From assembly GCA_934631995.1 (NCBI GenBank), contig CAKTYF010000001.1:1-61922 (forward strand): 61,922 bases of DNA, in the 5' to 3' direction. Both the position numbers and the translations under genes were made by a program. The notes under the pieces are model-generated. The model searched no databases. It saw only the letters and a program-made list of their open reading frames with translations, and had not been told where the DNA came from. Positions 1 to 8,509 of this stretch are shown piece after piece; the stretch's first letter is position 1, and every line of letters begins with the position of its first letter. The DNA is from an uncultured Eggerthellaceae bacterium. Lineage in GTDB: Bacteria; Actinomycetota; Coriobacteriia; Coriobacteriales; Eggerthellaceae.

Positions 1-2
1 TC

Positions 3-467
3 GTTCCCTTAACGGGCGAGGCGAACGTTCCCGAGAACTGCGCTCCCGCCACGCTTGCGTTCAACATGTGCCACGAAGCGGCTCATCGTCTGGGCATTGC
101 CGCCGAGGAGGAAGCGAATTTTGCGGCGTTCATGGCGTGCTCGGCAAGCGGTGACCCCAATTTCGCTTATTCCGGGTATTACCGTGCGTTCGTGGCGTGC
201 TTCAACGCGTTGGCGGAAAACTACCCGTCGTTGGTGGAGCAGCTCTTGAGCCCCGATAATGTTACCGCTGAAAAAGCGCTGGTCATTCGCGATATGCTGC
301 AAACGAGCGACCATTACACTGCGTATAGCGGCACGGTTTCCGAGGCGGGTCAGGCGGTAAACGATGCGTACCTGAAAACGTTTGGCCAGCAGCAAGGTAC
401 CCAATCGTACGGCGAATGGGTTGATTACCTGATTGCGTGGCGTGCTGCCCTTTCTAACGCAAGCTAA
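3..467 (+). CDS. DUF3810-family putative zinc metallopeptidase, C-terminal fragment (5' end lies outside the window)
   Basis: The frame is open from the window edge. It has an HExxH-like CHEAAH motif and an NDAYLK..GQQQGTQSYGEWV tail typical of DUF3810 proteins. Confidence 0.6.
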   Translation, partial: VPLTGEANVPENCAPATLAFNMCHEAAHRLGIAAEEEANFAAFMACSASGDPNFAYSGYYRAFVACFNALAENYPSLVEQLLSPDNVTAEKALVIRDMLQTSDHYTAYSGTVSEAGQAVNDAYLKTFGQQQGTQSYGEWVDYLIAWRAALSNAS

Positions 468-591
468 CGGGTACAATAAGCACAGTAAAAAAATGCGTGT
501 CGCGCGCTTGGGCGCACGGTAAGTCGATTGTGCGGGCTTTGGAATGCGCGAGCACGACAAAACGAATCTCGCCGCCTTCTGCCAAGGGTTT

Positions 592-620
592 TGTTGACAA
601 AAGGTGGGGTAATTTGTCAC
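592..620. repeat. 31-nt palindromic intergenic repeat, copy 1 (right arm truncated), 23 nt upstream of purE
   Basis: Sequence is tgttgacaaaAGGTGGGGTAAtttgtcac. The same element recurs at 42587, 55887 and 61706. Confidence 0.8.
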
Positions 621-642
621 GATTGAAAAAAGGAGAAGCGTT

Positions 643-1119
643 ATGGGAAATTGTCACGAAGAGGGTAAAACCGCTGTTGTAGGTGTTATTTTGGGAAGTG
701 AATCCGATCTGCCGGCCATGCGGCCCTGCATGGATCAGCTTGAGGCCTTCGGCGTTCCCTACGAGTTGAAGATTGCGAGCGCGCACCGCAAGCCGCTGGA
801 AGTGCATGAGTGGGCAGCCGGCGCGCACGAGCGCGGTATGAAAGTCATCATCGCTGCTGCGGGTAAGGCGGCACACTTGGGTGGCGTTGTTGCTGCATAT
901 ACGCCATGCCCCGTTATTACCGTTCCCATGAAGACGAGCGACTTGGGCGGCTTGGACTCTCTGCTGTCTATGGTGCAAATGCCCAGTGGCGTTCCTGTTG
1001 CGTGCGTTGCTATCAACGGCGCCAAGAATGCTGCTATTTTGGCTGTTCAAATGCTTGGTACGGGTTGCGATACCGCACGTCAGAAGATCATCGACTTCAA
1101 GGCGGACATGGCAAAATAA
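643..1119 (+). CDS. purE: N5-carboxyaminoimidazole ribonucleotide mutase
   Basis: 158 aa with GSESD, AHRKP and AAGKAAHLGGVVAA motifs. RBS aaaggaga lies upstream of the ATG. Confidence 0.9.
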   Translation: MGNCHEEGKTAVVGVILGSESDLPAMRPCMDQLEAFGVPYELKIASAHRKPLEVHEWAAGAHERGMKVIIAAAGKAAHLGGVVAAYTPCPVITVPMKTSDLGGLDSLLSMVQMPSGVPVACVAINGAKNAAILAVQMLGTGCDTARQKIIDFKADMAK

Positions 1120-1322
1120 CGCTTGTGAGCCTGCGGGCACGCGGTTGTGCAGCGGCGCGGTGTGCGGCTGCGGCGCAAGTTTCGGCCGCGATTGGGTCGC
1201 GCGTCGCGTCACGTGCCTCGGTCGGGGCTCTTCGCCCGCAGACCGTTCGCTCGCAGGACCCTTTGGCTGCTCGCGAGCAAAAAATGTAAACGCGCGAATC
1301 GGAAAGAGAAGAGAGAAGCGCA

Positions 1323-3266
1323 ATGAAAAAGTTCTTGATGGGAAACGAGGCGTTTGCCCACGCGGCGCTCGAGGCGGGTGTGCGTGTGGTGGCGGGATAT
1401 CCCGGAACGCCGTCCTCTGAAGTGGTGGAAACCATCGCCAAGCTTCATGCGCAAGGCGCAGCGGAAGGCGTGCACGTGGAGTGGTCCACGAACGAGAAAG
1501 CCGCGCTTGAGCTTTTGGCGGGCGCTTCGTACGCGGGCGCGCGCACGCTGTATACCTGCAAGCAAATGGGTATGAACGTGGCAAGCGACCCGCTGATGTG
1601 CGTGAATTACGTGGGCATTAAAGGTGGCATGGTGCTGTACGTGGCCGACGATCCCGGCCCCATCTCTTCCCAGACCGAGCAGGACACGCGTCGTTATGCG
1701 GCCTTCGCGAAAGTGCCTGTACTTGATCCCTCGACCCCCGAACAGGGCTTTGCCATGATGAAAGAGGCGTTCGAGCTTTCCGAGCGCTATCACACGCCTG
1801 TTATTGTGCGTCCCACCACGCGCATTTGCCACGCATCGGCGTTTTTCGATGTGGCGGATCACACGGTGGCGCGCGCTGTTCCCGAAAAGGGCTTCGTGCG
1901 CGATTCCAAGTGGGTTATTTTCCCTGCTCGTGCGTTCGCGGCGCATCACGACATCAATAAGCGCCTGCCCGAAATAGGAGCCGAGTTCTCGCGCGGTCCA
2001 CTGGCGGCGGCGTTCAACCCCGTGGTGCGCGGCGGCGAAAAAGAGGCGCACGATCCGATTTTGGGTATTGTTGCCGGCGGCGTAAGCGCGGCGTATGTGC
2101 GCGAAGCACTGCAGATGGTTGAGAAACGTGCTGCTGAACAGGGTGTATTCGTTCCTGCGTACAAGTTTATGCAGATCGGCTTGCCGTACCCCTTCCCGCA
2201 AGATGCGGTGCTGGAGTTCGCGCAGGGCTTGACTGATATTCTGGTGATTGAAGAGCTCGATGGCGTTTTGGAAGACGAGCTTTTGCGCTTGGCAGGCTTG
2301 CGTCACTTGGGCTACAACGTGCATGGTCGCGTTACGGATGAAGTTCGTGCAGCCGGCGAAAACGATGTTGATAATCTTGCGGCACGTCTGGCATGCTACC
2401 TGGGCGTTCCCGGCTGCGGCCCTGATGAGCCAGCGGTTCTGTACGAATCGGAATCCGATCCGCTGCCGGTGCGTCCGCCGGTGCTGTGCCCTGGCTGCCC
2501 GCATCGTGGCAGCTTCTACGCTGTGAAGCGTGCGTTGGGCAAGACGCCTGCCACATACTGCGGCGATATTGGCTGCTACACGTTGGGCAACGCCAAGCCG
2601 CTCGATGCTGTGGATACGTGCTTGTGCATGGGTGCGGGCATTACCATGGCGCAGGGGCTTTCCCTTGTTGACCCGGGCAAAAAGGCGCTTGCGTTTATTG
2701 GCGACTCCACGTTTTTTGCCAGCGGCATGACGGGCGTGGCAAACGCGGTGTACAACCAGCACGACATTACCATTGTTGTGCTGGACAACGCGACCACCGC
2801 TATGACGGGCGCGCAGCCGCATCCGGGCACGGGCCAGACGCTCATGGGACCCAAGAGCGAACCTCTTTCCATTGCTGCCACGTTGGAAACGCTGGGTGTG
2901 AAATGCATTGAGACAGCGAACCCTTTGCACTTGGAGGAAAGCATTGCTGCTGTTCAGAAGGCCGTTTCGTTTGAGGGCCCTTCGGCGGTTATTTTTGTTG
3001 AGCCATGCATCCAGCTGAAAAAGCCGCTTCCTGCGGTAGTGATCGATGCGGAAAAATGCACGGGATGCAAGAAGTGCATCACTGAAATCGGCTGCCCCGG
3101 CATTGGTTTCGATAAGGCGCTGCAAGGTTCGAAGAGCGCCGCGCGTGGCCAGGCGTTCGTGAATGCAGGGCTGTGCAACGGGTGCGGTTTATGCGTGCAG
3201 ATATGCCCATCATCTGCGATTATGCCGGCGAGTGCGCACGCGGAGAAAGGGGAGAGCAATGATTAA
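1323..3266 (+). CDS. iorA: Indolepyruvate:ferredoxin oxidoreductase alpha subunit
   Basis: 647 aa with a TPP motif (GDSTFFASG...LDNATTAMTG) and two C-terminal 4Fe-4S motifs (CTGCKKCITEIGCP, CNGCGLCVQICP). Confidence 0.9.
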   Translation: MKKFLMGNEAFAHAALEAGVRVVAGYPGTPSSEVVETIAKLHAQGAAEGVHVEWSTNEKAALELLAGASYAGARTLYTCKQMGMNVASDPLMCVNYVGIKGGMVLYVADDPGPISSQTEQDTRRYAAFAKVPVLDPSTPEQGFAMMKEAFELSERYHTPVIVRPTTRICHASAFFDVADHTVARAVPEKGFVRDSKWVIFPARAFAAHHDINKRLPEIGAEFSRGPLAAAFNPVVRGGEKEAHDPILGIVAGGVSAAYVREALQMVEKRAAEQGVFVPAYKFMQIGLPYPFPQDAVLEFAQGLTDILVIEELDGVLEDELLRLAGLRHLGYNVHGRVTDEVRAAGENDVDNLAARLACYLGVPGCGPDEPAVLYESESDPLPVRPPVLCPGCPHRGSFYAVKRALGKTPATYCGDIGCYTLGNAKPLDAVDTCLCMGAGITMAQGLSLVDPGKKALAFIGDSTFFASGMTGVANAVYNQHDITIVVLDNATTAMTGAQPHPGTGQTLMGPKSEPLSIAATLETLGVKCIETANPLHLEESIAAVQKAVSFEGPSAVIFVEPCIQLKKPLPAVVIDAEKCTGCKKCITEIGCPGIGFDKALQGSKSAARGQAFVNAGLCNGCGLCVQICPSSAIMPASAHAEKGESND

Positions 3267-3849
3267 CATCCTTTTGGCGGGCGTTGGCGGCCAGGGCACG
3301 GTGCTTGCGGCGAAGGTGCTTGCCCAAGCTGCGCAGGATAAAGGCTGGCATGTGCGCACGGCGGAGACGATTGGCATGGCGCAGCGCGGCGGCAACGTAA
3401 CGTCTCATGTGCGCATGGGCGACTGCGGCGAACAGGTAAGCTCCCCGCTAATTGCGCGTGGAACGGCCCAGGTCATTGTCGCATTCGAGCCAGCCGAGGC
3501 GGCAGGTGCGTTGAAGTACCTTGCTCCGAACGGTGTGGTGGTCACGGCATCAACAGGCGTTCAGCCGGTAACGGCGGCGCTTTCCGAGAAACCGTACACG
3601 GCTGCGGGCGTGCTTGCAGAGCTTAAGCGCTTGCTGACCGATCGCGTAGTGGTTGTGGACGATGCAGCGCTTACGGCTTCGGTGGGAACTACGAAAGCGC
3701 TGAACACGCTGCTGCTTGCAGCGGCGGTGAAAACCGGGCGTCTTCCTATTAGTTTTGACGAGCTGCGCGCCGCAATCCAAGCATGCGTGAAACCGCAGTT
3801 CGCTGAACTTAACTTCAAGGCAATTTCCCTGGTGGAAAGCGGAAATTAG
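3259..3849 (+). CDS. iorB: Indolepyruvate:ferredoxin oxidoreductase beta subunit
   Basis: The internal ATG at 3259 overlaps the iorA stop. The N-terminus MINILLAGVGGQGTVLAAKVLA is typical of the gamma-like oxidoreductase domain. Confidence 0.85.
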   Translation: MINILLAGVGGQGTVLAAKVLAQAAQDKGWHVRTAETIGMAQRGGNVTSHVRMGDCGEQVSSPLIARGTAQVIVAFEPAEAAGALKYLAPNGVVVTASTGVQPVTAALSEKPYTAAGVLAELKRLLTDRVVVVDDAALTASVGTTKALNTLLLAAAVKTGRLPISFDELRAAIQACVKPQFAELNFKAISLVESGN

Positions 3850-3893
3850 CTCTTCAAGAGCGGTAGGCCCACGATACTCGGATAGGGCAACCG

Positions 3894-3947
3894 ACAAGGG
3901 TGGCTATTGACATTATTTTGGTGTTGATGGCCGCCCTTGTTTTTTTG
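3894..3947 (+). terminator. Putative rho-independent terminator after iorB
   Basis: Stem acaagggtggc / gccgcccttgt (one G-T pair) followed by a T7 run. Confidence 0.55.
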
Positions 3948-3955
3948 TTTTCTCA

Positions 3956-4031
3956 AAAATCGTTCACAGTTATTGAAAAAAGCGACTTTATTGGCATAAA
4001 CTCTCAAAAAGCGATAACTGTGAACGATTTT
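3956..4031. repeat. 76-bp hairpin-forming repeat, left copy flanking the DUF559 cassette
   Basis: aaaatcgttcacagttat ...40 nt... ataactgtgaacgatttt. It is ~95% identical to 5119..5194. Confidence 0.85.
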
Positions 4032-4052
4032 TAAAAGGAGGGATATATATCA

Positions 4053-5120
4053 ATGGAGAATGTCGTTCTTTCGGGGAGTGATGCTGTTTCTTTTTTGACG
4101 TCTTCTTTGGTGAAGCAGCTTGATGCCGATAATGAATTTGCAGCATATGTCTCCCGGTCATCGAATAATTTCATGGCCTATCTTTCGGGTTCAATGGATT
4201 TTACGCCGCTCCTTTGTTTCGTTGAGGGCCGTCCGAGGATGTCGAAACAAGAGGGTGCTCAGCTTGCGAAGATGCTTTCGGTTTCATTGCCTTTGCATAT
4301 CATGGTTTCCTCGGCATCGTGCCGTCGAAACTCTAAGAGCATGCGTTGCTCGGTTCAACCTGGCGGCATTCCCGGTGATTTATGCTTTAAGGTGGCAGAT
4401 GGTCTTTATTGTATTTTGCCCGAGCTTGCTTTGTTGCAGCTTGCTAGAGAATGCACGGATATCCAAATTGTTGTGCTCATGAGCATGTTGTTTGGGGTTT
4501 TTGCCAAAGACAGAGAAACGGGCGGTCTTGTGCCTCGCCGAAGCGTAACAACGCCTGCTAAAGTTGCTGCGTTTATTGAATCGTGCGAGCAGAGCTGTTT
4601 GAAGGTGCCTAATGGACTCTCGCGTGTTAAAAAGCTTGTTCCCTTAGCTGTTTGCGGGGCGGCAAGCCCAAAGGAAATTGAATGTGCTCTTAGATTGGGA
4701 TATCCAGTTGAACTGGGAGGATGTGGTCTTGGCATTCCCGAAATGAACTACCGGCTGGATATTCCATCAACAATGCGCGCTCGCTATTGCGATTTGTACT
4801 GGCCCGAGCAAAATGTTGCAGTGGAATATCATGGGGCATTCGAGCATGCTTTGCCCGGTTCTCTTGAGGCAGATGCCCGCCATGGTAATGATCTGGCTTC
4901 TATTGGTGTTCCTATATTCAATATAACAGCAGGTCAGTTAAGAAATCTATCTTCTTTTAACCATGTTGCACGATTGGTGGAGAAACAAATCTTTGCATAT
5001 AAAAAACCGCATGCACATAAATGCAACAGGATTCTTTTTCCGTCCACTGCGGTGTTTCATGACAAGCAGCAAGCCTTGAGAGACCAAATTGATGCTGCTT
5101 TTGCTCTCTTCGGATTCTAA
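4053..5120 (+). CDS. DUF559 / Vsr-like (PD-(D/E)xK fold) endonuclease-domain protein
   Basis: 355 aa. The C-terminal pattern RYCDLYWPEQNVAVEYHGAFEH...ARHGNDLASIGVPIFNIT matches DUF559-type proteins. RBS aaaaggaggg is present, and GC is lower than the flanks by eye. Confidence 0.6.
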   Translation: MENVVLSGSDAVSFLTSSLVKQLDADNEFAAYVSRSSNNFMAYLSGSMDFTPLLCFVEGRPRMSKQEGAQLAKMLSVSLPLHIMVSSASCRRNSKSMRCSVQPGGIPGDLCFKVADGLYCILPELALLQLARECTDIQIVVLMSMLFGVFAKDRETGGLVPRRSVTTPAKVAAFIESCEQSCLKVPNGLSRVKKLVPLAVCGAASPKEIECALRLGYPVELGGCGLGIPEMNYRLDIPSTMRARYCDLYWPEQNVAVEYHGAFEHALPGSLEADARHGNDLASIGVPIFNITAGQLRNLSSFNHVARLVEKQIFAYKKPHAHKCNRILFPSTAVFHDKQQALRDQIDAAFALFGF

Positions 5121-5194
5121 AATCGTTCACAGTTATTGAAAAAAACGACTTTATTGGAATAAACTCTTAAAAAACGATAACTGTGAACGATTTT
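5119..5194. repeat. 76-bp hairpin-forming repeat, right copy (overlaps the stop codon of the DUF559 gene)
   Basis: Direct repeat of 3956..4031 with the same 18-bp inverted arms. Confidence 0.85.
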
Positions 5195-5257
5195 ACGATA
5201 ACTTGGATATAAAACAGTTCTCGCTTGTTTGCAAGCGGCTTACGGAAAGGATTGCTT

Positions 5258-6088
5258 GTGCTTACTATTGGATGTCATTTGTCCTGTTCAAAGGGGTATG
5301 CCGCCATGGCAAAACAGGCGGTGTCCATTAATGCGAACACGTTTCAGTTTTTCACGCGCAATCCGCGTGGTGGCAAGGCAAAAGCCATCGATCCAGCGGA
5401 TATTGCGAAGTTCGAGACTCTGGCGGCGGAAAACGGCATAACCGTGTTCTTAGCGCATGCGCCCTATACGCTTAATCCCGCGTCGAATAAGCCCGAGACC
5501 TGCGAGTTTGCTCATCAGGTTCTTGCCGACGACTTGCAACGCATGGAAGCAACGCCCGGCCAGCTTTACAACATGCATCCGGGAAGCCATGTGGGGCAAG
5601 GCGTTGACGTGGGCGTCGAAAAGATTTCCGCCATGCTCAATGATGTGCTGCAGCCGCCGCATACCACCACGCTTCTGCTGGAAACCATGGCGGGCAAGGG
5701 GAGCGAAGTGGGCGGCTCGTTTCAGGAGATCGCTTCGATTGTTGAGCGTATTGAGCCCGGCTTGCGCGAACAGGTGGGCGTGTGCTTGGATACCTGCCAC
5801 ATTTGGGATGCCGGCTACGACATTGTGGGGGACTTGGATGGCGTGTTGTGCGAGTTCGACCAGGTCATTGGCTTGAATCGCTTGCGTGCCATTCATTTGA
5901 ACGACAGCATGAACGAGCGCAGCTCCCATAAAGATCGTCATGCCGCTCTTGGAGCTGGTCGTATTGGCTTTGACGCACTGCATGCGGTAACGCGTCATCC
6001 GTTGCTTTGCGACTTGCCATTCTTCCTGGAAACGCCCCATGAAAATTTGAGCGGCTGGGCAGAGGAAATTGCTCGCCTGCGCGCATAA
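5258..6088 (+). CDS. nfo: Deoxyribonuclease IV (endonuclease IV)
   Basis: Motifs CHLS, AHAPYTLN, MHPGSH, LETMAGKG, CLDTCHIWDAGYD and IHLNDS. The GTG start at 5258 was chosen 7 nt after gaaagga; the start is uncertain (the ORF opens at 5225). Confidence 0.85.
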   Translation: MLTIGCHLSCSKGYAAMAKQAVSINANTFQFFTRNPRGGKAKAIDPADIAKFETLAAENGITVFLAHAPYTLNPASNKPETCEFAHQVLADDLQRMEATPGQLYNMHPGSHVGQGVDVGVEKISAMLNDVLQPPHTTTLLLETMAGKGSEVGGSFQEIASIVERIEPGLREQVGVCLDTCHIWDAGYDIVGDLDGVLCEFDQVIGLNRLRAIHLNDSMNERSSHKDRHAALGAGRIGFDALHAVTRHPLLCDLPFFLETPHENLSGWAEEIARLRA

Positions 6089-6205
6089 AGCAAGCAGCAG
6101 CGGAGATTCGGGCTGTGTTCGTGGGCTCACGAGCCCCGCAACTTGCTGAACCCGCAAGCCCGCCGAGCCTGCGCCCGCTGCAAAAAACGGGCGAGTAACA
6201 AAAAC

Positions 6206-6230
6206 GGGACCGAACGTGGTCCCTTTTTTT
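6206..6230 (+). terminator. Rho-independent terminator after nfo
   Basis: gggacc-gaacgt-ggtccc followed by T7. Confidence 0.65.
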
Positions 6231-6285
6231 AGTACCGTAGGGGTTTGTTAAAACCGTGCAAGCGCGGCTTTAGCTTGACTTCGCT

Positions 6286-6834
6286 TTAGTCCCATTTCTC
6301 CTGCTCAACAACACATTCAGAGAAAATAGGAACATCGAGTTCCTTTGCGATGTTCTCGCGCGGATGCAGGTATGCCAGTTCCAAAAGGAAGGCAAGGCCG
6401 CCCACGCGCGCACCGCATTTTTGGACCAAGTGAATCTGCGCAATGGCGGTGCCGCCCGAAGCAACAAGGTCGTCAACCAGCAGAACAACGTCGTCTTCGG
6501 AAAGAGCGTCGGCGTGAATGTGCAGCTCATCGGAGCCGTATTCCAAGCCGTACTTTTCGGAGATGGTGTTGCGCGGCAGCTTGCCCGGCTTGCGTGCAGG
6601 CACAAACCCAACGCCCATCTTCAGAGCAACGGGTGCGCCCAAAATGAAGCCGCGCGCTTCAGCGCCCACGACTTTCGTGATGCCGGCGTCTTTAAAGGCT
6701 TCTGCAATGTCGTTCACAAGCGACGAAAAAGCTTCTGCATCGGCGAAAACAGGCGTCACATCCTTGAACATAATGCCCGGTTGAGGGTAGTTGGGCAGGC
6801 TGATAACAAGGCTTTCGTAATCAATATCGCTCAT
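6286..6834 (-). CDS. apt: Adenine phosphoribosyltransferase
   Basis: 182 aa from the internal ATG (MSDIDYESL...). PRPP motif VLLVDDLVASGGTA. Confidence 0.9.
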   Translation of the reverse strand: MSDIDYESLVISLPNYPQPGIMFKDVTPVFADAEAFSSLVNDIAEAFKDAGITKVVGAEARGFILGAPVALKMGVGFVPARKPGKLPRNTISEKYGLEYGSDELHIHADALSEDDVVLLVDDLVASGGTAIAQIHLVQKCGARVGGLAFLLELAYLHPRENIAKELDVPIFSECVVEQEKWD

Positions 6835-7147
6835 GGAACGTCCTTTTCGCGGTCTTTGGCACAGATTGCGGGGGCGTGATTTTCTGCTCACGCGACCTGT
6901 GCGCGGTCTTGCTGTGGCAAAATCGCCACGCTTTCTTCTAAACACAAACAGCAAATATTGTACTACCATCAGGCATTTTTTCGCCAGATTAAGCAGTGAT
7001 TTCTTTTTCTTCAAGCGTGTCCGTTTCTTGGGACGCGTAAAATTGTCCAAAGAAGTACAATTATTTGAAGAAGATTCGCACCCAGATGAAAAGTGTGGTC
7101 GATTGCGGGCAAAACAAAGGTGCAATGCGGGAAAGGCGGTGATTGCT

Positions 7148-7948
7148 ATGCGTGAAGAGATTGGACGTCGCCATATGCGTCGCGGTTATCGCAACCGCCA
7201 CGCGCTACGCGAACGCCGTTGGCTCATCGGTTGTCTTGGCGACTGCCGCATTCGTTATGGTCGCTCTAACCGCATTGACCGCCCCGACCATCGCGGTTGT
7301 TTTTGTCGCCAGCGCTCGCGCGGACTTTTGGCGAAAGCGTGCCTGGTTGCCGCCTTCGCGTTCGTTGCTTTGGGGATGGCTTCCTGCGCGCTTGCTCCCG
7401 GAGCGCCCTCTTCGCAATCATCTTTTGCTGCTTCCAGCGCAAGGGCTTCGAACGAACAAGAAACTAATGTTGACCTGGAGAAACTTGCGCAGAGCCTCCC
7501 TGAAGAAGGCTTGCCTGAAAAATATATCGACGAAACATTTTTGGGATGCAGCGATAAAGTGGAAAGAAAAGGCAGCTGCACCTTTTACACGTGGTATGCC
7601 AAAAACGGCTCGAAAGACGAAATCTTCTATGCTGGTTGTGCGAACGGGGTCGTTGTCGTAACGCTCAAGCTTGGATACCAGTTTGGAACTGTTTACTGGC
7701 CCGATTCAGACGGACTTCCCAATTTATATGCGGAATCCCCCTCCAAAAAAGAAAGTGGCAAAGCTCCTGCGAAAAGCCGTGGGTCATCCGATGCTTCGGC
7801 GGACAGCGCTGCAGGTAGTGGCGGCGGTTCATCGAGCTCTTCGGGCACGTCGAAAAAACCGAACAAGTACAGCCCGCGCGATTACGATTCCGCCGAAGAT
7901 TGGGAGGCCGATACCGGTGGCTCCCTTGACGAATGGGACCGTCAGTAG
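7148..7948 (+). CDS. Putative secreted lipoprotein / membrane-anchored protein; start uncertain (possible frameshift, see findings)
   Basis: Lipobox-like signal LLAKACLVAAFAFVALGMASC and a Ser/Gly-rich tail. Alternative starts are TTG 7328, or TTG 7143 in another frame. Confidence 0.5.
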   Translation: MREEIGRRHMRRGYRNRHALRERRWLIGCLGDCRIRYGRSNRIDRPDHRGCFCRQRSRGLLAKACLVAAFAFVALGMASCALAPGAPSSQSSFAASSARASNEQETNVDLEKLAQSLPEEGLPEKYIDETFLGCSDKVERKGSCTFYTWYAKNGSKDEIFYAGCANGVVVVTLKLGYQFGTVYWPDSDGLPNLYAESPSKKESGKAPAKSRGSSDASADSAAGSGGGSSSSSGTSKKPNKYSPRDYDSAEDWEADTGGSLDEWDRQ

Positions 7949-8509
7949 AGCAGTGCACATGCGTCCGCTACGATGCTCGATCAGCCCTGCAGTGTGTAGT
8001 GTCCGCGCGATCGCCTGCGACATTCGCTGTGTCGCTCGGGTTGCCCTGTCAGCGCGCCCTCCGCGCAACTATATGCGACACTCAAGCCGCATTGGCGGTA
8101 CGCGCCCTCCGCTCTTACTGCATTGTGTCGCTACGTAAAGCCGTTAGTAAAAAATCTGCAAATCCAAAAAGTTTTTCTTCAAAAAAAGTTAACGTCTGCT
8201 AACATGCTCTACGTATGTTAGCTATAGGTAACATTGCGCAGTTCGCATTGGCAAGGCAGCTGGATGGGTTGCCCATTGCGTGAAGTGCTCGGATGGCTGG
8301 TGACTCGTCTTGAAGTGCGAGGTAGCTGGGCGGGTGCCGGTTATGCGAAGTAGTTGGCGCTCAGAACAAATAAGGCGCTCAATGCATTCGTGATTGCCTT
8401 GCGCGCTTTCTGCCCTTGCCGCAGTGCGAATGCAATGTAGCAAAGGTGCAGCCCAGCAAGTTGATGCACTGTAAACAAGCAATGTGCCTGTAAAAAAGAA
8501 AGGAGAACT

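Noticed and set aside
592-620. TTGACA within the 31-nt palindrome acting as a -35 promoter box.
   Set aside because: There is no acceptable -10 hexamer at 16-18 nt spacing in any copy, and two copies sit downstream of genes in the opposite orientation.
454-1584. 376-aa minus-strand ORF spanning purE and both flanking intergenic regions.
   Set aside because: It has Pro/Arg-rich low-complexity translation and overlaps purE and the GC-rich tract. There is no RBS or recognisable motif.
1209-3125. 638-aa minus-strand ORF antisense to iorA. Similar long antisense ORFs occur at 19767-20762, 21099-22892, 23627-25186, 51049-53337, 57930-59192 and 59168-61792.
   Set aside because: They are Arg/Ala/His-rich and motif-free, and they fully overlap strongly supported genes on the other strand. 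These are typical GC-driven shadow ORFs.
7950-8509. Possible FMN (RFN) riboswitch upstream of the FMN-binding protein cluster.
   Set aside because: I found no match to the conserved RFN core (AGGAUAGUGAAAGC...GGUGAAAUUCC...GACAGU...). It is retained only as an unclassified structured leader.
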